Shown piece after piece: positions 20,121 to 30,994 of a stretch of 64,000 bases of DNA (position 1 is the first letter of the stretch; each line of letters begins with the position of its first letter). The notes under the pieces are model-generated. The model was not told the DNA's origin. It worked only from the letters and a program-made list of their open reading frames with translations, and searched no databases. The DNA lies in the NCBI GenBank assembly GCA_036344135.1, contig JAYYUG010000097.1, positions 8,034 through 72,033 of the forward strand, in the 5' to 3' direction. Made by a program: the position numbers and the translations under genes. Source of the DNA: Pseudomonadota bacterium (lineage in GTDB: Bacteria; Pseudomonadota; Alphaproteobacteria; MED-G09).

Positions 20121-20412
20121 TTTATCCTCTCTTTAGTGCTTTCAGAAAACCCTTGGGCGCACAATCTGAAAATCAAATACCCTGCTCTTTGGCGAGCAAA
20201 CCATGACCACACTAAACTTTCGTTTAGCTTTTTACATTTTGAGATTTATAAACGGACCGTTTTTTTGCTTCCTGAGCCACATTGTATCACCACCTTCGCA
20301 CGGTATGCAGGTTGGCAGGGGTAATTCCCCCTCTCAAAATGTACTGACATTTAATGACAGAAGTCTATAAAATGCAACTAAAAATTGTATATAATATTAA
20401 AAAAGGGCAAAT

Positions 20413-21150
20413 CTAGGCGCCTTGAGCCGTAGGGCGTACAACTATTTCATTTACGGCTACACCAGGATCCTGCTGCAAAGCATAAATAATAGCTTCTGCA
20501 ATCCTCTCTGCAGGCTGAGCAACAGCTGCGAGATTTCCCTTCATAAGAAACTCCAACATAGATTCATCTTTAATTGAACTTCCTAATTCCGTCTGAAATG
20601 CGCCCGGATAAACGCATGTCACTTGCAATTTACCCGCGCTTTCCATTCTTAGACCTTCAGAAATTGCGCTTACGGCAAACTTGGTGCCAGAATAAACTGC
20701 ACTTCCCGGCATGACTCTTTTTCCCGCTACAGATGAAACATTAATAATCTGACCATCTCCTCTCTCTAACATGTGCGAATAAACAGCATCAATACCATAA
20801 AGGACGCCCTTAATGTTGACATCAATCATAAGATCCCACTCATCGGTTCGACCTTTTTCTAATAAAGACAAAGGCATAACACCAGCATTATTGACAATGG
20901 CATCAATACGACCAAAAGTTGAAATGCCGTGACTTGCTAATTCGTGGATCTCTTGTTTGTTCGTTACATCTGTTGTTTTAAAAATTGCATTTTGATTTCC
21001 AAGACTAGCACACAATTCTTCAAGTCTGTCTTGTCTACGGGCACCCAAAATTACTTTTGCTCCAAGGTCTACACACATTTTGGCGGTTACCATACCAAAA
21101 CCGGAACTGGCACCTGTGATTAATATAACTCTATCTTTAATATCTCTCAT
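20413..21150 (-). CDS. Short-chain dehydrogenase/reductase (SDR)
   Basis: TGASSGFG cofactor motif, YxxxK (YSGTK) catalytic motif. Confidence 0.9.
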   Translation of the reverse strand: MRDIKDRVILITGASSGFGMVTAKMCVDLGAKVILGARRQDRLEELCASLGNQNAIFKTTDVTNKQEIHELASHGISTFGRIDAIVNNAGVMPLSLLEKGRTDEWDLMIDVNIKGVLYGIDAVYSHMLERGDGQIINVSSVAGKRVMPGSAVYSGTKFAVSAISEGLRMESAGKLQVTCVYPGAFQTELGSSIKDESMLEFLMKGNLAAVAQPAERIAEAIIYALQQDPGVAVNEIVVRPTAQGA

Positions 21151-21171
21151 TTCTTACCTCATTAACTTTTT

Positions 21172-21531
21172 TTATATATCGGACTCAAATTCATCAAGAA
21201 TATAAGACCTCATATTTTTTACGTTAGTATCAAAAAGCTTTTCTTCATCCGTATAAATCTCCTTATTAGCCTCCGGCTCACTTAGCTTTTCGCTACAAGA
21301 TTGCATAGTTTCCATATCCGGATACCATATCTCTAAAAAGACATCGAATTCAGGATCGGTTAAATTTCCATCGCGATCCGGTGTGGGGTTGGTAAATCTT
21401 CTAAGATATTTGCTAGCATACCCACTAAGATATTTTTCACCAATCAATCTGTGATGATTTTCATAATATTCCCTGAACTCTTCAACTGTCATTCCTGGCC
21501 TTCGCTTCATTGGCATTACAATCTTAATCAT
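21172..21531 (-). CDS. EthD-domain protein
   Basis: ~119 aa; size and composition (MTVEEFREYYENHH...) consistent with EthD/dimeric alpha-beta barrel family found beside monooxygenases. Confidence 0.55.
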   Translation of the reverse strand: MIKIVMPMKRRPGMTVEEFREYYENHHRLIGEKYLSGYASKYLRRFTNPTPDRDGNLTDPEFDVFLEIWYPDMETMQSCSEKLSEPEANKEIYTDEEKLFDTNVKNMRSYILDEFESDI

Positions 21532-21630
21532 GACTTAGTCCTCTTAAAAATTAATTAATATTCAAATTATAGTATTAATTGTGAGTTTTATACCCTTCAC
21601 TTCAATAATTATTAATGGTAACTGAAAAGA

Positions 21631-21903
21631 ATGGAAAACAAAATTATATCACCTTGTATTTCGGTTTGTGTGCATGATCCATACAATGACTTTTGCTATG
21701 GATGCGGAAGAACACAAGAAGATAAGAAAATATGGATAGAACCTCAAACGACCAACGAATGGAAAGAAAAGAACCTTATTGAAATAATCGATCGCTTAGA
21801 GGAAAAACAAAAAAAATCCTTCGAACTGCAATATCAATACAAACTGAAAAATGGTATCTCACCTATTAAAGAAAAAAAATTAAAATTAGAAAAAGGGTTA
21901 TAA
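21631..21903 (+). CDS. DUF1289-type small Fe-S/cysteine-cluster protein
   Basis: SPCISVCVHDPYNDFCYGCGRTQEDKKIW matches the C-x-x-V-C...C-x-G-C-x-R-T motif of DUF1289. Confidence 0.55.
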   Translation: MENKIISPCISVCVHDPYNDFCYGCGRTQEDKKIWIEPQTTNEWKEKNLIEIIDRLEEKQKKSFELQYQYKLKNGISPIKEKKLKLEKGL

Positions 21904-21907
21904 AAGT

Positions 21908-22306
21908 ATGATGGGTACTGAAGATAAATTTCTCATAACAGAAGTAATGGCAAAATACGCTGCTGCAATAGATGGGAAAGATTTTGAATTGTTCTCGACT
22001 TGTTTTCAACAAAATGTCGAAGTTCTTAGGAATGGAGACAATACTACAGCTATTAAGGGACTTGATGATTGGATATCGTATGTAAAAGAATCTGTTGGCA
22101 AATGTAAATTTACTCATCACTTGCTCAGCATACCATTAATTCAGAAAGATGGTCAGTTAGCAAAAGTTAGAACTAACTTCAAACTCTTCACTCGCTATAT
22201 TGAACCTGAGGGAGAAATTGCGGATTTTTTTGGTTTCTATGAGACAAAAATGATCAAAGAAATAGACCAATGGAAAATAACACAACACAACTTGAATTTT
22301 TTCTAA
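21908..22306 (+). CDS. NTF2-like / SnoaL-like protein
   Basis: 132 aa, AKYAAAIDGKDFELFSTCF pattern typical of SnoaL-like cone fold; 4 nt downstream of DUF1289 gene. Confidence 0.5.
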   Translation: MMGTEDKFLITEVMAKYAAAIDGKDFELFSTCFQQNVEVLRNGDNTTAIKGLDDWISYVKESVGKCKFTHHLLSIPLIQKDGQLAKVRTNFKLFTRYIEPEGEIADFFGFYETKMIKEIDQWKITQHNLNFF

Positions 22307-22322
22307 GGGATTGTAGAATTAT

Positions 22323-24191
22323 ATGATTATACCAATTCAGATTGACCCAGAAAACGGCCTAAAAATCTTCAATACTCGCGCATCCAAAGCAAGTGAAAAA
22401 ATTTCCGGTAAGGGTTATTCGGTAATGCAAGATGATACTCTTACTGATCTTCCCGCAGCACCTAAGGGTGCAGTCTTTAATGCCGAAGAACAGTCAAAAT
22501 ATCGAGAATTTAAGAAAAAAAGAACAGGTTCAGCTAACTATATGGCTATGGATGGAGACTTCAAAAAATATCTTGAAGATCTTTATTCTACAGATCCTAT
22601 TCCCAGAGATTCACTCAAGGATGAATGTGAGATACTTGTTGTTGGCGCGGGCTTAGCTGGACTATTACTCTGGTACAAACTTCAGAAAGCAGGTTTCAAC
22701 GATGTTCGTTTTTGTGAAAAAGGAGGCGATGTAGGTGGAACCTGGTACTGGAACCGTTACCCAGGTGTAGCTTGTGATGTGGAATCATACAGTTACCTGC
22801 CCCTACTCGAAGAAATGGATTACTTTCCAACAATGAAATTTGCTTCTGGATTTGAAATCATGGAATATTGTCAGGGTTTAGCTGAAAAATTCGGTTTCTA
22901 TAAGCGGTGTCTTTTCCACACGACCGTAGAAAAAACTGTCTGGGATGAAACTACATCAAAATGGACTATTTCAACAGATCGTGGAGATGAAATGAAAGCT
23001 CGTTTCGTTGTCCTTGCTAACGGTCTTCTCACTTCTCCTCGACTAGCAAGAATAGAAGGTATGGAGACTTTTAAAGGCGAATCCTTTCATACATCTCGTT
23101 GGAACTATGATGTTGATCTGTCAAATAAGGTTGTAGGTATTATTGGAACAGGTGCTACTGCCGTACAAACAATACCGGAATTAGCAAAAACAGTTAAAGA
23201 ACTTTTCGTTTTTCAACGAACTCCTTCTTCCATAGATGTCCGGGATCAAAGGGAAACTACTCAAGAAGAAGTCCAAACCTGGAAACGGGAACCTGGATGG
23301 GCAAAAGCTAGGCGCGCTAGATTTGCAAAAATTTCGGCTGGTCGTACTGCAATGAAAGCAAACGACGACTATCTATCTGGGAAAAAAGACCACTTTAAAG
23401 AAATAAAGCGCCATGAGGGAGATCTGTCTCCCGAGGAAATGATTGAAAAGCAGCTAGACACAAATTTTCGTATTATGGAGCAAATCCGAGCTAGAGTAGA
23501 TGCCATCATAGAAGATCCGGAAGTGGCCACCTCACTTAAACCATATTATCCCTATGGTTGCAAAAGACCAACTTTTCATGATGAATATCTTCCAACCTTT
23601 AATTTAAAGCACGTAACTTTAGTCGATACAGCACCTTTAGGTGTCACAAAAATCAATAAAGATGGAGTTGTGTATGATGATAAAGAATATCCTTTGGACG
23701 TATTAATTTATGCAACAGGCTTTAGATGGATGGAAGCTGCAACTTTTAATATGGTCATAGGTAAAGACGGAAAATCCTTAAAAGAAAAATGGGCTTTAAA
23801 TGGTACAAAAACTTTCCTTGGAATTCATAGCAACGGTTTTCCAAATCTATTCATTGTTACTGGCCCTCAAGGAGGTGGAGGAAGTTTCAATTTCACAGAT
23901 GCCATTGAAGCCCACGGCGATTATATAATATGGATGTTAGAAACCATGAAAAATCAGAATACAGGAGTTCTTGATGTTAAGAAAAAACATGAGGATGAAT
24001 ATTCTGAACACTGCAGAGACGTTGATACAAGAACCAGTGCCTTTAGAGACTGCATTTCCTATTACAACGATGAAGGAAAAGCTGAACCAGGGAGTTTAGC
24101 CTATTATGGTGGTGGACAATGGCACAAAAGAAGAATTAAAGCTCAGAAAACCCTCAAACCCTATCTTTTTAATACTGTTCCTCGTCAATAA
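22323..24191 (+). CDS. Baeyer-Villiger monooxygenase (type I flavin-containing, NADPH-dependent)
   Basis: FAD GxGxxG (VVGAGLAGL), BVMO fingerprint FKGESFHTSRW, second Rossmann GIIGTGATAVQ. Confidence 0.9.
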   Translation: MIIPIQIDPENGLKIFNTRASKASEKISGKGYSVMQDDTLTDLPAAPKGAVFNAEEQSKYREFKKKRTGSANYMAMDGDFKKYLEDLYSTDPIPRDSLKDECEILVVGAGLAGLLLWYKLQKAGFNDVRFCEKGGDVGGTWYWNRYPGVACDVESYSYLPLLEEMDYFPTMKFASGFEIMEYCQGLAEKFGFYKRCLFHTTVEKTVWDETTSKWTISTDRGDEMKARFVVLANGLLTSPRLARIEGMETFKGESFHTSRWNYDVDLSNKVVGIIGTGATAVQTIPELAKTVKELFVFQRTPSSIDVRDQRETTQEEVQTWKREPGWAKARRARFAKISAGRTAMKANDDYLSGKKDHFKEIKRHEGDLSPEEMIEKQLDTNFRIMEQIRARVDAIIEDPEVATSLKPYYPYGCKRPTFHDEYLPTFNLKHVTLVDTAPLGVTKINKDGVVYDDKEYPLDVLIYATGFRWMEAATFNMVIGKDGKSLKEKWALNGTKTFLGIHSNGFPNLFIVTGPQGGGGSFNFTDAIEAHGDYIIWMLETMKNQNTGVLDVKKKHEDEYSEHCRDVDTRTSAFRDCISYYNDEGKAEPGSLAYYGGGQWHKRRIKAQKTLKPYLFNTVPRQ

Positions 24192-24239
24192 TTATTATTA
24201 AATTAGATAAGGTCCAGAGAAAAAAATTTATTTTCTTTT

Positions 24240-25493
24240 CTACCACAAGTCATATTTTTGAAGTTCAGCCCTTCCAACAACCATATGGTGGACTTCATCT
24301 GGTCCATCAGCAAATCTTAAATGCCTCATGTCAGTATACATATCTGCTAAAGGAGTCCATTGCGATATACCTGCAGCTCCATGCATTTGAATGGCTTGAT
24401 CAACAATTAAACAAGCTTTTTCAGGAACCATTGCCTTCACAGCGCTAATGTAAATTCTTGCTTCTTTATTTCCTAATACATCCATGGCCTTTGCTGCTTG
24501 CAGTACGGATAAACGCATAGCGTTGATTTCTATTCGAGCGCGAGCAATTACTTCTAGATTTTTACCCAATTTGGCTATGGGTTTTCCAAAAGCTTCCCGA
24601 GAACCTGCGCGTTTTACCATTAACTCCAGTGCAGTTTCAGCTTTTCCTATAGTCCTCATACAATGATGGATACGCCCTGGACCTAGACGCACTTGGGATA
24701 TTTCAAATCCTCTTCCCTCTCCCAATAAGATATTGCTTTTAGGTACTCTCACATTATTAAATTTTATATGCATATGACCCTGAGGCGCATGATCGTGTCC
24801 AAACACTTCCATTGCTTCTAACATTTCCACTCCCGGAGTATCTATGGGTACAAGAATTTGTGATTGTTGTTTTGAAGGTGAGGCATCAGGACTGGTTTTA
24901 ACCATCGTGATCATAATCTTACAACGAGGATCTCCTGCGCATGAAATATAGAATTTCTCTCCATTGATAACCCATTCATCACCTTCTAAGACAGCACTTG
25001 TACTAATGTTTTTTGCATCCGAAGAAGCTAGATTAGGCTCGGTCATAGCATATGCTGATCGTATTTCACCATTCAATAAGGGCTTTAACCATTGCTCTTT
25101 CTGTTCTTCTGTACCGACTCTTTGTAAGACTTCCATATTCCCTGTATCAGGAGCACTGCAATTTAAAGTTTCCGAGGCAAGCGGGTATTTCCCTAATTCT
25201 GCAGCAATGTAAGTGTAATCTAAGTTTGTTAACCCATCGCCAATTATCCCATCAGAATCAGGTAAGAAGAAGTTCCATAAACCTATTTCTTTTGCTTTAT
25301 CTTTAGCACCATCTAAGAGTTCAAGTTGACGTGGGTGCCAAGACCATCTGTCCTCTTTCTCCTTGTGAAGAGCAAAAAATTCTTCACTTATAGGCACAAC
25401 ATTTTCTTTAATGTGTTTATTTACCAGGTCCAACAATGGTTTTGCTTTTTCGGACATTGCTAATTGAAAAAGCTCACTGTTTAAAGTTGTCAT
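24240..25493 (-). CDS. Acyl-CoA dehydrogenase
   Basis: 417 aa; ACAD N/M/C domain pattern, YAMTEP, GGxG flavin region, C-terminal helical domain. Confidence 0.85.
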   Translation of the reverse strand: MTTLNSELFQLAMSEKAKPLLDLVNKHIKENVVPISEEFFALHKEKEDRWSWHPRQLELLDGAKDKAKEIGLWNFFLPDSDGIIGDGLTNLDYTYIAAELGKYPLASETLNCSAPDTGNMEVLQRVGTEEQKEQWLKPLLNGEIRSAYAMTEPNLASSDAKNISTSAVLEGDEWVINGEKFYISCAGDPRCKIMITMVKTSPDASPSKQQSQILVPIDTPGVEMLEAMEVFGHDHAPQGHMHIKFNNVRVPKSNILLGEGRGFEISQVRLGPGRIHHCMRTIGKAETALELMVKRAGSREAFGKPIAKLGKNLEVIARARIEINAMRLSVLQAAKAMDVLGNKEARIYISAVKAMVPEKACLIVDQAIQMHGAAGISQWTPLADMYTDMRHLRFADGPDEVHHMVVGRAELQKYDLW

Positions 25494-25542
25494 AATTTAT
25501 TCTCCTTATTTAATTCTCTTTCTTATCTTTGCGTCTAAAAGG

Positions 25543-26157
25543 TTATTGTGGCTCTATAACACCTTTTTTAAAAGCAGGACGGTCCATCAACCTCTGAATA
25601 TAGCCTTTTATATTAGTCATTTCTTCAGAAACACAACCTAAGTTGTTGCTCATAAAACAAGCATGTCCCAACATTGTATCTGCCGCTGTAAAATCTCCAA
25701 CTAGATAGTCCTTACCTTCTAGATTTTCTTCTATAGGTTTAAGAGCATTTGCTAAAAGTCTTTGAGCTTGACCTAATACAGTTTCATCTCTCCTCTCAGG
25801 AGGCAAAAGGATAGTATGCACTACAATAGTATTCATTGGAGGCATAACCATGCCTTCACAATAATGAAACCATTGAAGGTATTTTGGGAAGCGTTCATCG
25901 TCTGCACTAGGTTTTAAACCTCCATTTTTGTGCCTTTCAAGGATGTAATCAATAATTGCTCCTGATTCCCAGATTTGGATATCTCCATCATCCAGAACAG
26001 GAACCCTTCCAAGAGGATGCCTGGCTCTGTGTTCATCCGATTTAAGGTCTTTAGGATGAAAATCCATTCTATTTAATTCATATTCAAGCCCTAGCTCTTC
26101 TAAGAGCCATAGAACCCTTCCAGCTCTGCAATTAGGTGCAAAATGTAATTTCAACAT
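25543..26157 (-). CDS. Glutathione S-transferase
   Basis: N-terminal thioredoxin-like GST domain (RVPVLDDGDIQIWESGAI) plus helical C-domain. Confidence 0.85.
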   Translation of the reverse strand: MLKLHFAPNCRAGRVLWLLEELGLEYELNRMDFHPKDLKSDEHRARHPLGRVPVLDDGDIQIWESGAIIDYILERHKNGGLKPSADDERFPKYLQWFHYCEGMVMPPMNTIVVHTILLPPERRDETVLGQAQRLLANALKPIEENLEGKDYLVGDFTAADTMLGHACFMSNNLGCVSEEMTNIKGYIQRLMDRPAFKKGVIEPQ

Positions 26158-26178
26158 AATTAATCCCCTTCTTTAATT

Positions 26179-28083
26179 TTATTTCTTATCGGATTGATTT
26201 CCCGTTTTACAAGATGGCGGGATATCTAAGGTCGGATTTTTATCAAAAAACCCTACTGGCATTAAATGAAAACCACAATACTCCACAGGCATTACCGGCC
26301 AATCCTCTGGTCTAGGAATATGACTTAACCCAAAAGTATGCCATGTCACAAGATCACATTTTGAAATATCTCTATCATTTTTAGTATAATCTTCTAAACC
26401 TGATTCTCCATCACTCATCACTGTATAACTTCCGGCCGCTCCTAGCTCCTCAGAATTATAAGGAGTAGCCCACAAGTTATGTTTCGCAAAAGCGGCTCTT
26501 TTACTAACGATAGAATCTGGATTGGAAAGAAGTTTAGGTGTCGCTCCTGGTAAAAGTTTATATGCTACTGGAACTCCCAAAGAATTTTTTTTATTAGGAT
26601 TAACCACTTTCCAGACTCGACTTGTTTCAGGAGAGATTTCTCTTTTTGCATCACTTTCTTTTGTTAGATGGGAAGCAACAGAGCTGAATTGCGTCCCATT
26701 TGGATTGTTCTCACTGACGGGAAGCAATTGAATTTCTGTTTCAAATAACTGATTTTCTTTTCCATCCAACTCCCAATCTAATCGAAAACAAAAAAGATGT
26801 TGATGAAGAGGTGCAGCTAAATTGTTCGCAACTTTTGGAGCTTGTGAAGGATTGTACGTCTCCTCAGTTATAGCACTAATTCCCATTATACCGGTCAACT
26901 TAACTTCCATCTGAATTGTTCCATCTAAATACAAATACCAAAATAATCCATAATCGTAATTGCCTACAGTAAATATAGAGCTAATAACGAGTCTTCGGGA
27001 TCTACGTACTTCACTTGCTCCACCCCTATCATCGGAATGCTTCCATTGAATCCCATAATCTTCCTCATGAAGACAAATGGCATTCTCAGTCTTGATTATT
27101 TCTCCATCCCAATTGATTTGATTAATATCAAAGTATTGAATCTCTCCAATACAATCACAACCAAGTGTAAGAGAATTAATAAATCTTCCTAAACCAAACT
27201 CGCTTCCGTCGAAAACATGCTTCCATGAATGCATGGGGTCGGAATCACCATATGGAACAACCATATCAGACAAGGCTGCACGGTATAAAATTGAGCGATC
27301 GTTTAAGGATAACTCATGTAGAACTAGACCATGAACATCGTGAATAGAAATTCTAAATTTCCAACCCTGCCAAGATATATGATAACCGTCCACCTCAAAA
27401 CTTGGTCCATTCGGTTGAGTTATATTTATAGTTTTTAATCCTTCGCGTATCTTAGACTGAGACTCAATATCGTAACGCGCCTGTTCCTTTGGAATTGGCA
27501 CCACCCCATGATCTTCTACATGAACAACTTTACCAAGTGTGACATCTACCCAAGAAATTACTCCCTGAATAGGTTTGGCATAACCATTATCATCTATACT
27601 TTCTTTAAGGAATGAAATGCATTTAAGGGCTCGATGACCAGGTTTTACGGTTTCATGAACAAAACCTCCTGCGGGCCATGGATCAATATGAAGAAGTTCA
27701 AAATTGGTTATACCTCGTTTCTCTAAGGCTTTTTGGTATTCAGGGTTTTGAATTGTTAACCCTATCGCAGTCATCATTTCTTCCATATTATATGGAGCTT
27801 GGCCATTAGCCTTTAATCTTTCATATGAAACAAACTGATTTTTGACGATATCAATTTTAGCACAAAAACCCCCGTCTGGATTTTTATCAGATCCTAATAA
27901 TTTGACCTTTCGTGGAATAGGGTCATTTTCTTTATAATCTCTAACAATAGATTTATCCGGCTCATCAAGAATAGCAGAAATAAATGTTGATCCTTCTTTA
28001 AATCTTTTATCTGACTTTAGTAATTCCACTGCTTTTTCAATTTCATGAGATTCCAAGGGATCTAAGGGATGTTTTAAAGTCAT
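26179..28083 (-). CDS. Copper amine oxidase (TPQ-dependent primary-amine oxidase), no signal peptide
   Basis: TPQ consensus TVGNYDY; His copper ligands in C-terminal domain; 634 aa. Confidence 0.85.
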   Translation of the reverse strand: MTLKHPLDPLESHEIEKAVELLKSDKRFKEGSTFISAILDEPDKSIVRDYKENDPIPRKVKLLGSDKNPDGGFCAKIDIVKNQFVSYERLKANGQAPYNMEEMMTAIGLTIQNPEYQKALEKRGITNFELLHIDPWPAGGFVHETVKPGHRALKCISFLKESIDDNGYAKPIQGVISWVDVTLGKVVHVEDHGVVPIPKEQARYDIESQSKIREGLKTINITQPNGPSFEVDGYHISWQGWKFRISIHDVHGLVLHELSLNDRSILYRAALSDMVVPYGDSDPMHSWKHVFDGSEFGLGRFINSLTLGCDCIGEIQYFDINQINWDGEIIKTENAICLHEEDYGIQWKHSDDRGGASEVRRSRRLVISSIFTVGNYDYGLFWYLYLDGTIQMEVKLTGIMGISAITEETYNPSQAPKVANNLAAPLHQHLFCFRLDWELDGKENQLFETEIQLLPVSENNPNGTQFSSVASHLTKESDAKREISPETSRVWKVVNPNKKNSLGVPVAYKLLPGATPKLLSNPDSIVSKRAAFAKHNLWATPYNSEELGAAGSYTVMSDGESGLEDYTKNDRDISKCDLVTWHTFGLSHIPRPEDWPVMPVEYCGFHLMPVGFFDKNPTLDIPPSCKTGNQSDKK

Positions 28084-28116
28084 ATTTCTTTCTTTTCCTT
28101 CTTAATTAAGAGGTAT

Positions 28117-29322
28117 TTAATCTTCCACAACCTCAAAGGTAACGCCCGCTCCTTCAGGAAGACGTGTTAATAATGCTTCCCCCATTGCAGAAGCTGGGGT
28201 CCAGAAACCCCCTCCAACATTTAAATCATCTTGAGCTAGAGCAAGTGCACTTTCAGCTATCATCTTTGATGTAGAACCATAACCTGGGTCTTTATCTCCC
28301 TTAACGCGAACTTTAATATTTTTGCTGATATCATTAGAATGAATTCCCAATAAGTCGATTTCAAAGAATCCTTTATCCATAGATTCTTTTGAAGGACCTT
28401 CCCCTGGTTTTGGTAGGACACGTTTTAGCAGAGATCGCGTAGGCGAAAAGCTTGCAAGACCAGCAAACGCTCCTGTACCAATTCCAACACCAGTGGCCCC
28501 TAGAAAACCAGTCGCGCCCTTGCCTGAGAGAGTTCCCTCATCATATTGAAAATCACTACCATATGCACTCTTCAAAAGTTCATTAGTGCGACGCACCACT
28601 CTAGTATTGATGGCGGCCATAACAAATGGTCCTACCCAAGAATCAAAGTCTTCATCGAAATAAGCAGCTACACGATCAGGACCGTCTTGACCTATATCTT
28701 TGTCATTCAGCGAGTAAGGATCTGCCATAATCTTGAATATAGAAGGGTCTTCTTTAGCTTTCTCCATCATAGACATCATACTGTCCATAGTACCGCCACT
28801 AAAACCACCAGAAAATCCTTTTACCCGGTATTTTATACGATTTGCTACAACATCATGCCGTTCTTTCATCTGCTTCTGAAGATAAAAGACACCGATGTCT
28901 GAAGGAATACTATCAAAACCACAAGTGTGAACTATTTTTGCCCCACTATTTATAGCTTCTAATTGATGCTTCGATATCATCTCTCGCATCCAATGAACTT
29001 CTCCTGTTAAGTCGCAATAATGCGTCCCATGACGAACACAAGCAGCCACTAACTCGGAACCATAACGAGCATAAGGGCCTACTGTTGTAAGAATGACTCG
29101 TCCCTGCTGTACCAGTTGATTTAAGGATTCAGTGTCATGGCTTTCAGCTTCCAATACTGGAATATTTCTACCTTCAAGAACTTGTTCCAATTTATTAATA
29201 TTTCGACCGGCAACTGCCCAACGAAGGTTGCTATTTGCTTGTCGTTCCGACATATAATCGACAACCAACTGACCTGTAAAACCACTAGCACCCCAAACAA
29301 TGATATCATAAGGCCTTTCCAT
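28117..29322 (-). CDS. Saccharopine dehydrogenase-like NAD(P)-binding oxidoreductase (SCCPDH family)
   Basis: DIIVWGASGFTGQLVVDY N-terminal Rossmann matching Sacchrp_dh_NADB. Confidence 0.8.
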   Translation of the reverse strand: MERPYDIIVWGASGFTGQLVVDYMSERQANSNLRWAVAGRNINKLEQVLEGRNIPVLEAESHDTESLNQLVQQGRVILTTVGPYARYGSELVAACVRHGTHYCDLTGEVHWMREMISKHQLEAINSGAKIVHTCGFDSIPSDIGVFYLQKQMKERHDVVANRIKYRVKGFSGGFSGGTMDSMMSMMEKAKEDPSIFKIMADPYSLNDKDIGQDGPDRVAAYFDEDFDSWVGPFVMAAINTRVVRRTNELLKSAYGSDFQYDEGTLSGKGATGFLGATGVGIGTGAFAGLASFSPTRSLLKRVLPKPGEGPSKESMDKGFFEIDLLGIHSNDISKNIKVRVKGDKDPGYGSTSKMIAESALALAQDDLNVGGGFWTPASAMGEALLTRLPEGAGVTFEVVED

Positions 29323-29342
29323 GTTAAACTTTCTCCTTTGAA

Positions 29343-29771
29343 TTAAGTATTTGCTTCATATGTATCCCCAGATTCCCACTGAACATCGATTGGGCCAGAA
29401 GAAATGAGAATAAATTCGCATCCATCTGGACCAGACTCTTCAGGGCCATAAGTGTGATTTGCTCTAACCCAGCGTACATCACCTCTTTCGTACCATCCCG
29501 TTCCATCATTGAAAGTCATGGAACCGCGCATAATAACATAAATTGTATCGTCAGCATGGGCATGACGATCAGCTTTCGTGTTTGGTGGGAATTTGTTTGG
29601 AACTACCCAAGGTCCTCTTTCCCAGTTCTCTCCCATAAATTTTACCTTAACAACGTCGCTCATATGATCAAAAAAATCAGGTGAGGTTTCAGGATCAACA
29701 AAAGTTGTCCATTCGCCATCATCTAAATTAGCTTTACCACGCCAATCATTGTGTTTAGCAATAGTTTCCAT
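29343..29771 (-). CDS. Cupin-domain protein
   Basis: 142 aa, small beta-barrel with HAHADDTIYVIMRG His cluster. Confidence 0.45.
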   Translation of the reverse strand: METIAKHNDWRGKANLDDGEWTTFVDPETSPDFFDHMSDVVKVKFMGENWERGPWVVPNKFPPNTKADRHAHADDTIYVIMRGSMTFNDGTGWYERGDVRWVRANHTYGPEESGPDGCEFILISSGPIDVQWESGDTYEANT

Positions 29772-29788
29772 TTCTCCCTCCTTAACAT

Positions 29789-30928
29789 TTATTTATTAGG
29801 ATTAATAAGATATTTTTCTCCAGTCGCTTGTTTTGAGTAAACATTAATATTTTCAGGTAGTAAAACCTCCGCAAGCGATATTTCCTTTGTGTAGTGGCTA
29901 GCAAAAGTTGTTTTTATTTCATCAATGACTCTCTGTTTTAATTTATTAAATCTCTCTGGCCCTATTTTCGTTATAAATGGTGTAAGAAGCCATCCTCCCA
30001 GACCCCACGAAAACCCAAAAGATCGTGTTAAAGTTGTAGGAGATCTATCGAGGCCACCATAGATATAGACTTGTTTAAAGGTGTCCGATCCATAACGATT
30101 GTAATCTGAGGAAGTTTTGGATGCTGCAACTTCCATTGCCGTAAGTATTTGTCCTGAAAGCTTTCCTCCACCTGTTGCATCAAAACCTATAGTTGCTCCA
30201 GTTTCAACTAGAGCTTCTATTAAATCTTCCATAAAGGTATCGCTGCTAGAATTACAAACATTTTTTGCTCCAATAGCTTTCAATTTTTCAACATGTTCAT
30301 CTTTTCGAACTATATTCACCAGAGATACATCTTCGCTTAAACAAATTTTAATTAGCATCTGGCCTAAATTTGAACCAGCAGCGGTATGTACTAGGGCAGA
30401 ATGATTCTCCATTCTCATAGTTTCGACCATTGCTAAAGATGTCAGAGGATTTACGAAACAAGACGCGCTTTCTGAGGGTGAAGTCCCTTCGTTCATTACA
30501 AAACAGGAGGATGCTTTCACACATCGGTATTGCGAATACATTGAGCCTCCTGCAACACCGACCGTTTTCCCTACCAAGTCCTTGAAGTCTTTTCCTCCAG
30601 AAGCAACTACTATTCCTCCGCCTTCATTGCCTACAGGAAGAGATTGACCTATTCGAGCCGTAACCACTCTTAGAAAGTTCTCTTGGATATCCATCTTCAC
30701 TTGTGCATTCTCCCCTTCACCTGTAACGGTCATGGTAGAAACTTCTGCGGGCCCAATCAACAAACCTAAATCCGAGGGATTAATAGGAGAAGCCTCAATC
30801 TTAATAAGAACTTCATCTTCTTTAGGTTCGGGAATTTTAGTTTTTTCAATATATATTCTTAGTTTTCCTTCTTTTGTTACTTCTGATCTGATTTGCTTAG
30901 AACTCTCTTCACTCATATCTCTCTCCAA
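29789..30928 (-). CDS. MDR-superfamily zinc-type/quinone oxidoreductase
   Basis: GroES-like N-domain (EVLIKIEASPINPSD) and Rossmann (TVGVAGGS) organisation. Confidence 0.7.
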   Translation of the reverse strand: MERDMSEESSKQIRSEVTKEGKLRIYIEKTKIPEPKEDEVLIKIEASPINPSDLGLLIGPAEVSTMTVTGEGENAQVKMDIQENFLRVVTARIGQSLPVGNEGGGIVVASGGKDFKDLVGKTVGVAGGSMYSQYRCVKASSCFVMNEGTSPSESASCFVNPLTSLAMVETMRMENHSALVHTAAGSNLGQMLIKICLSEDVSLVNIVRKDEHVEKLKAIGAKNVCNSSSDTFMEDLIEALVETGATIGFDATGGGKLSGQILTAMEVAASKTSSDYNRYGSDTFKQVYIYGGLDRSPTTLTRSFGFSWGLGGWLLTPFITKIGPERFNKLKQRVIDEIKTTFASHYTKEISLAEVLLPENINVYSKQATGEKYLINPNK

Positions 30929-30994
30929 AAAAATTTACGCTCAGATTTTCTACAAGAATTAGAAATTGATGCTTGTAAATGATTCTTTTTTAAA

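Noticed and set aside
20136-20324. 62-aa ORF in the alkB / SDR intergenic region
   Set aside because: No RBS, odd composition, and lies in a likely promoter region. Probably non-coding, and I could not support a regulatory RNA call either.
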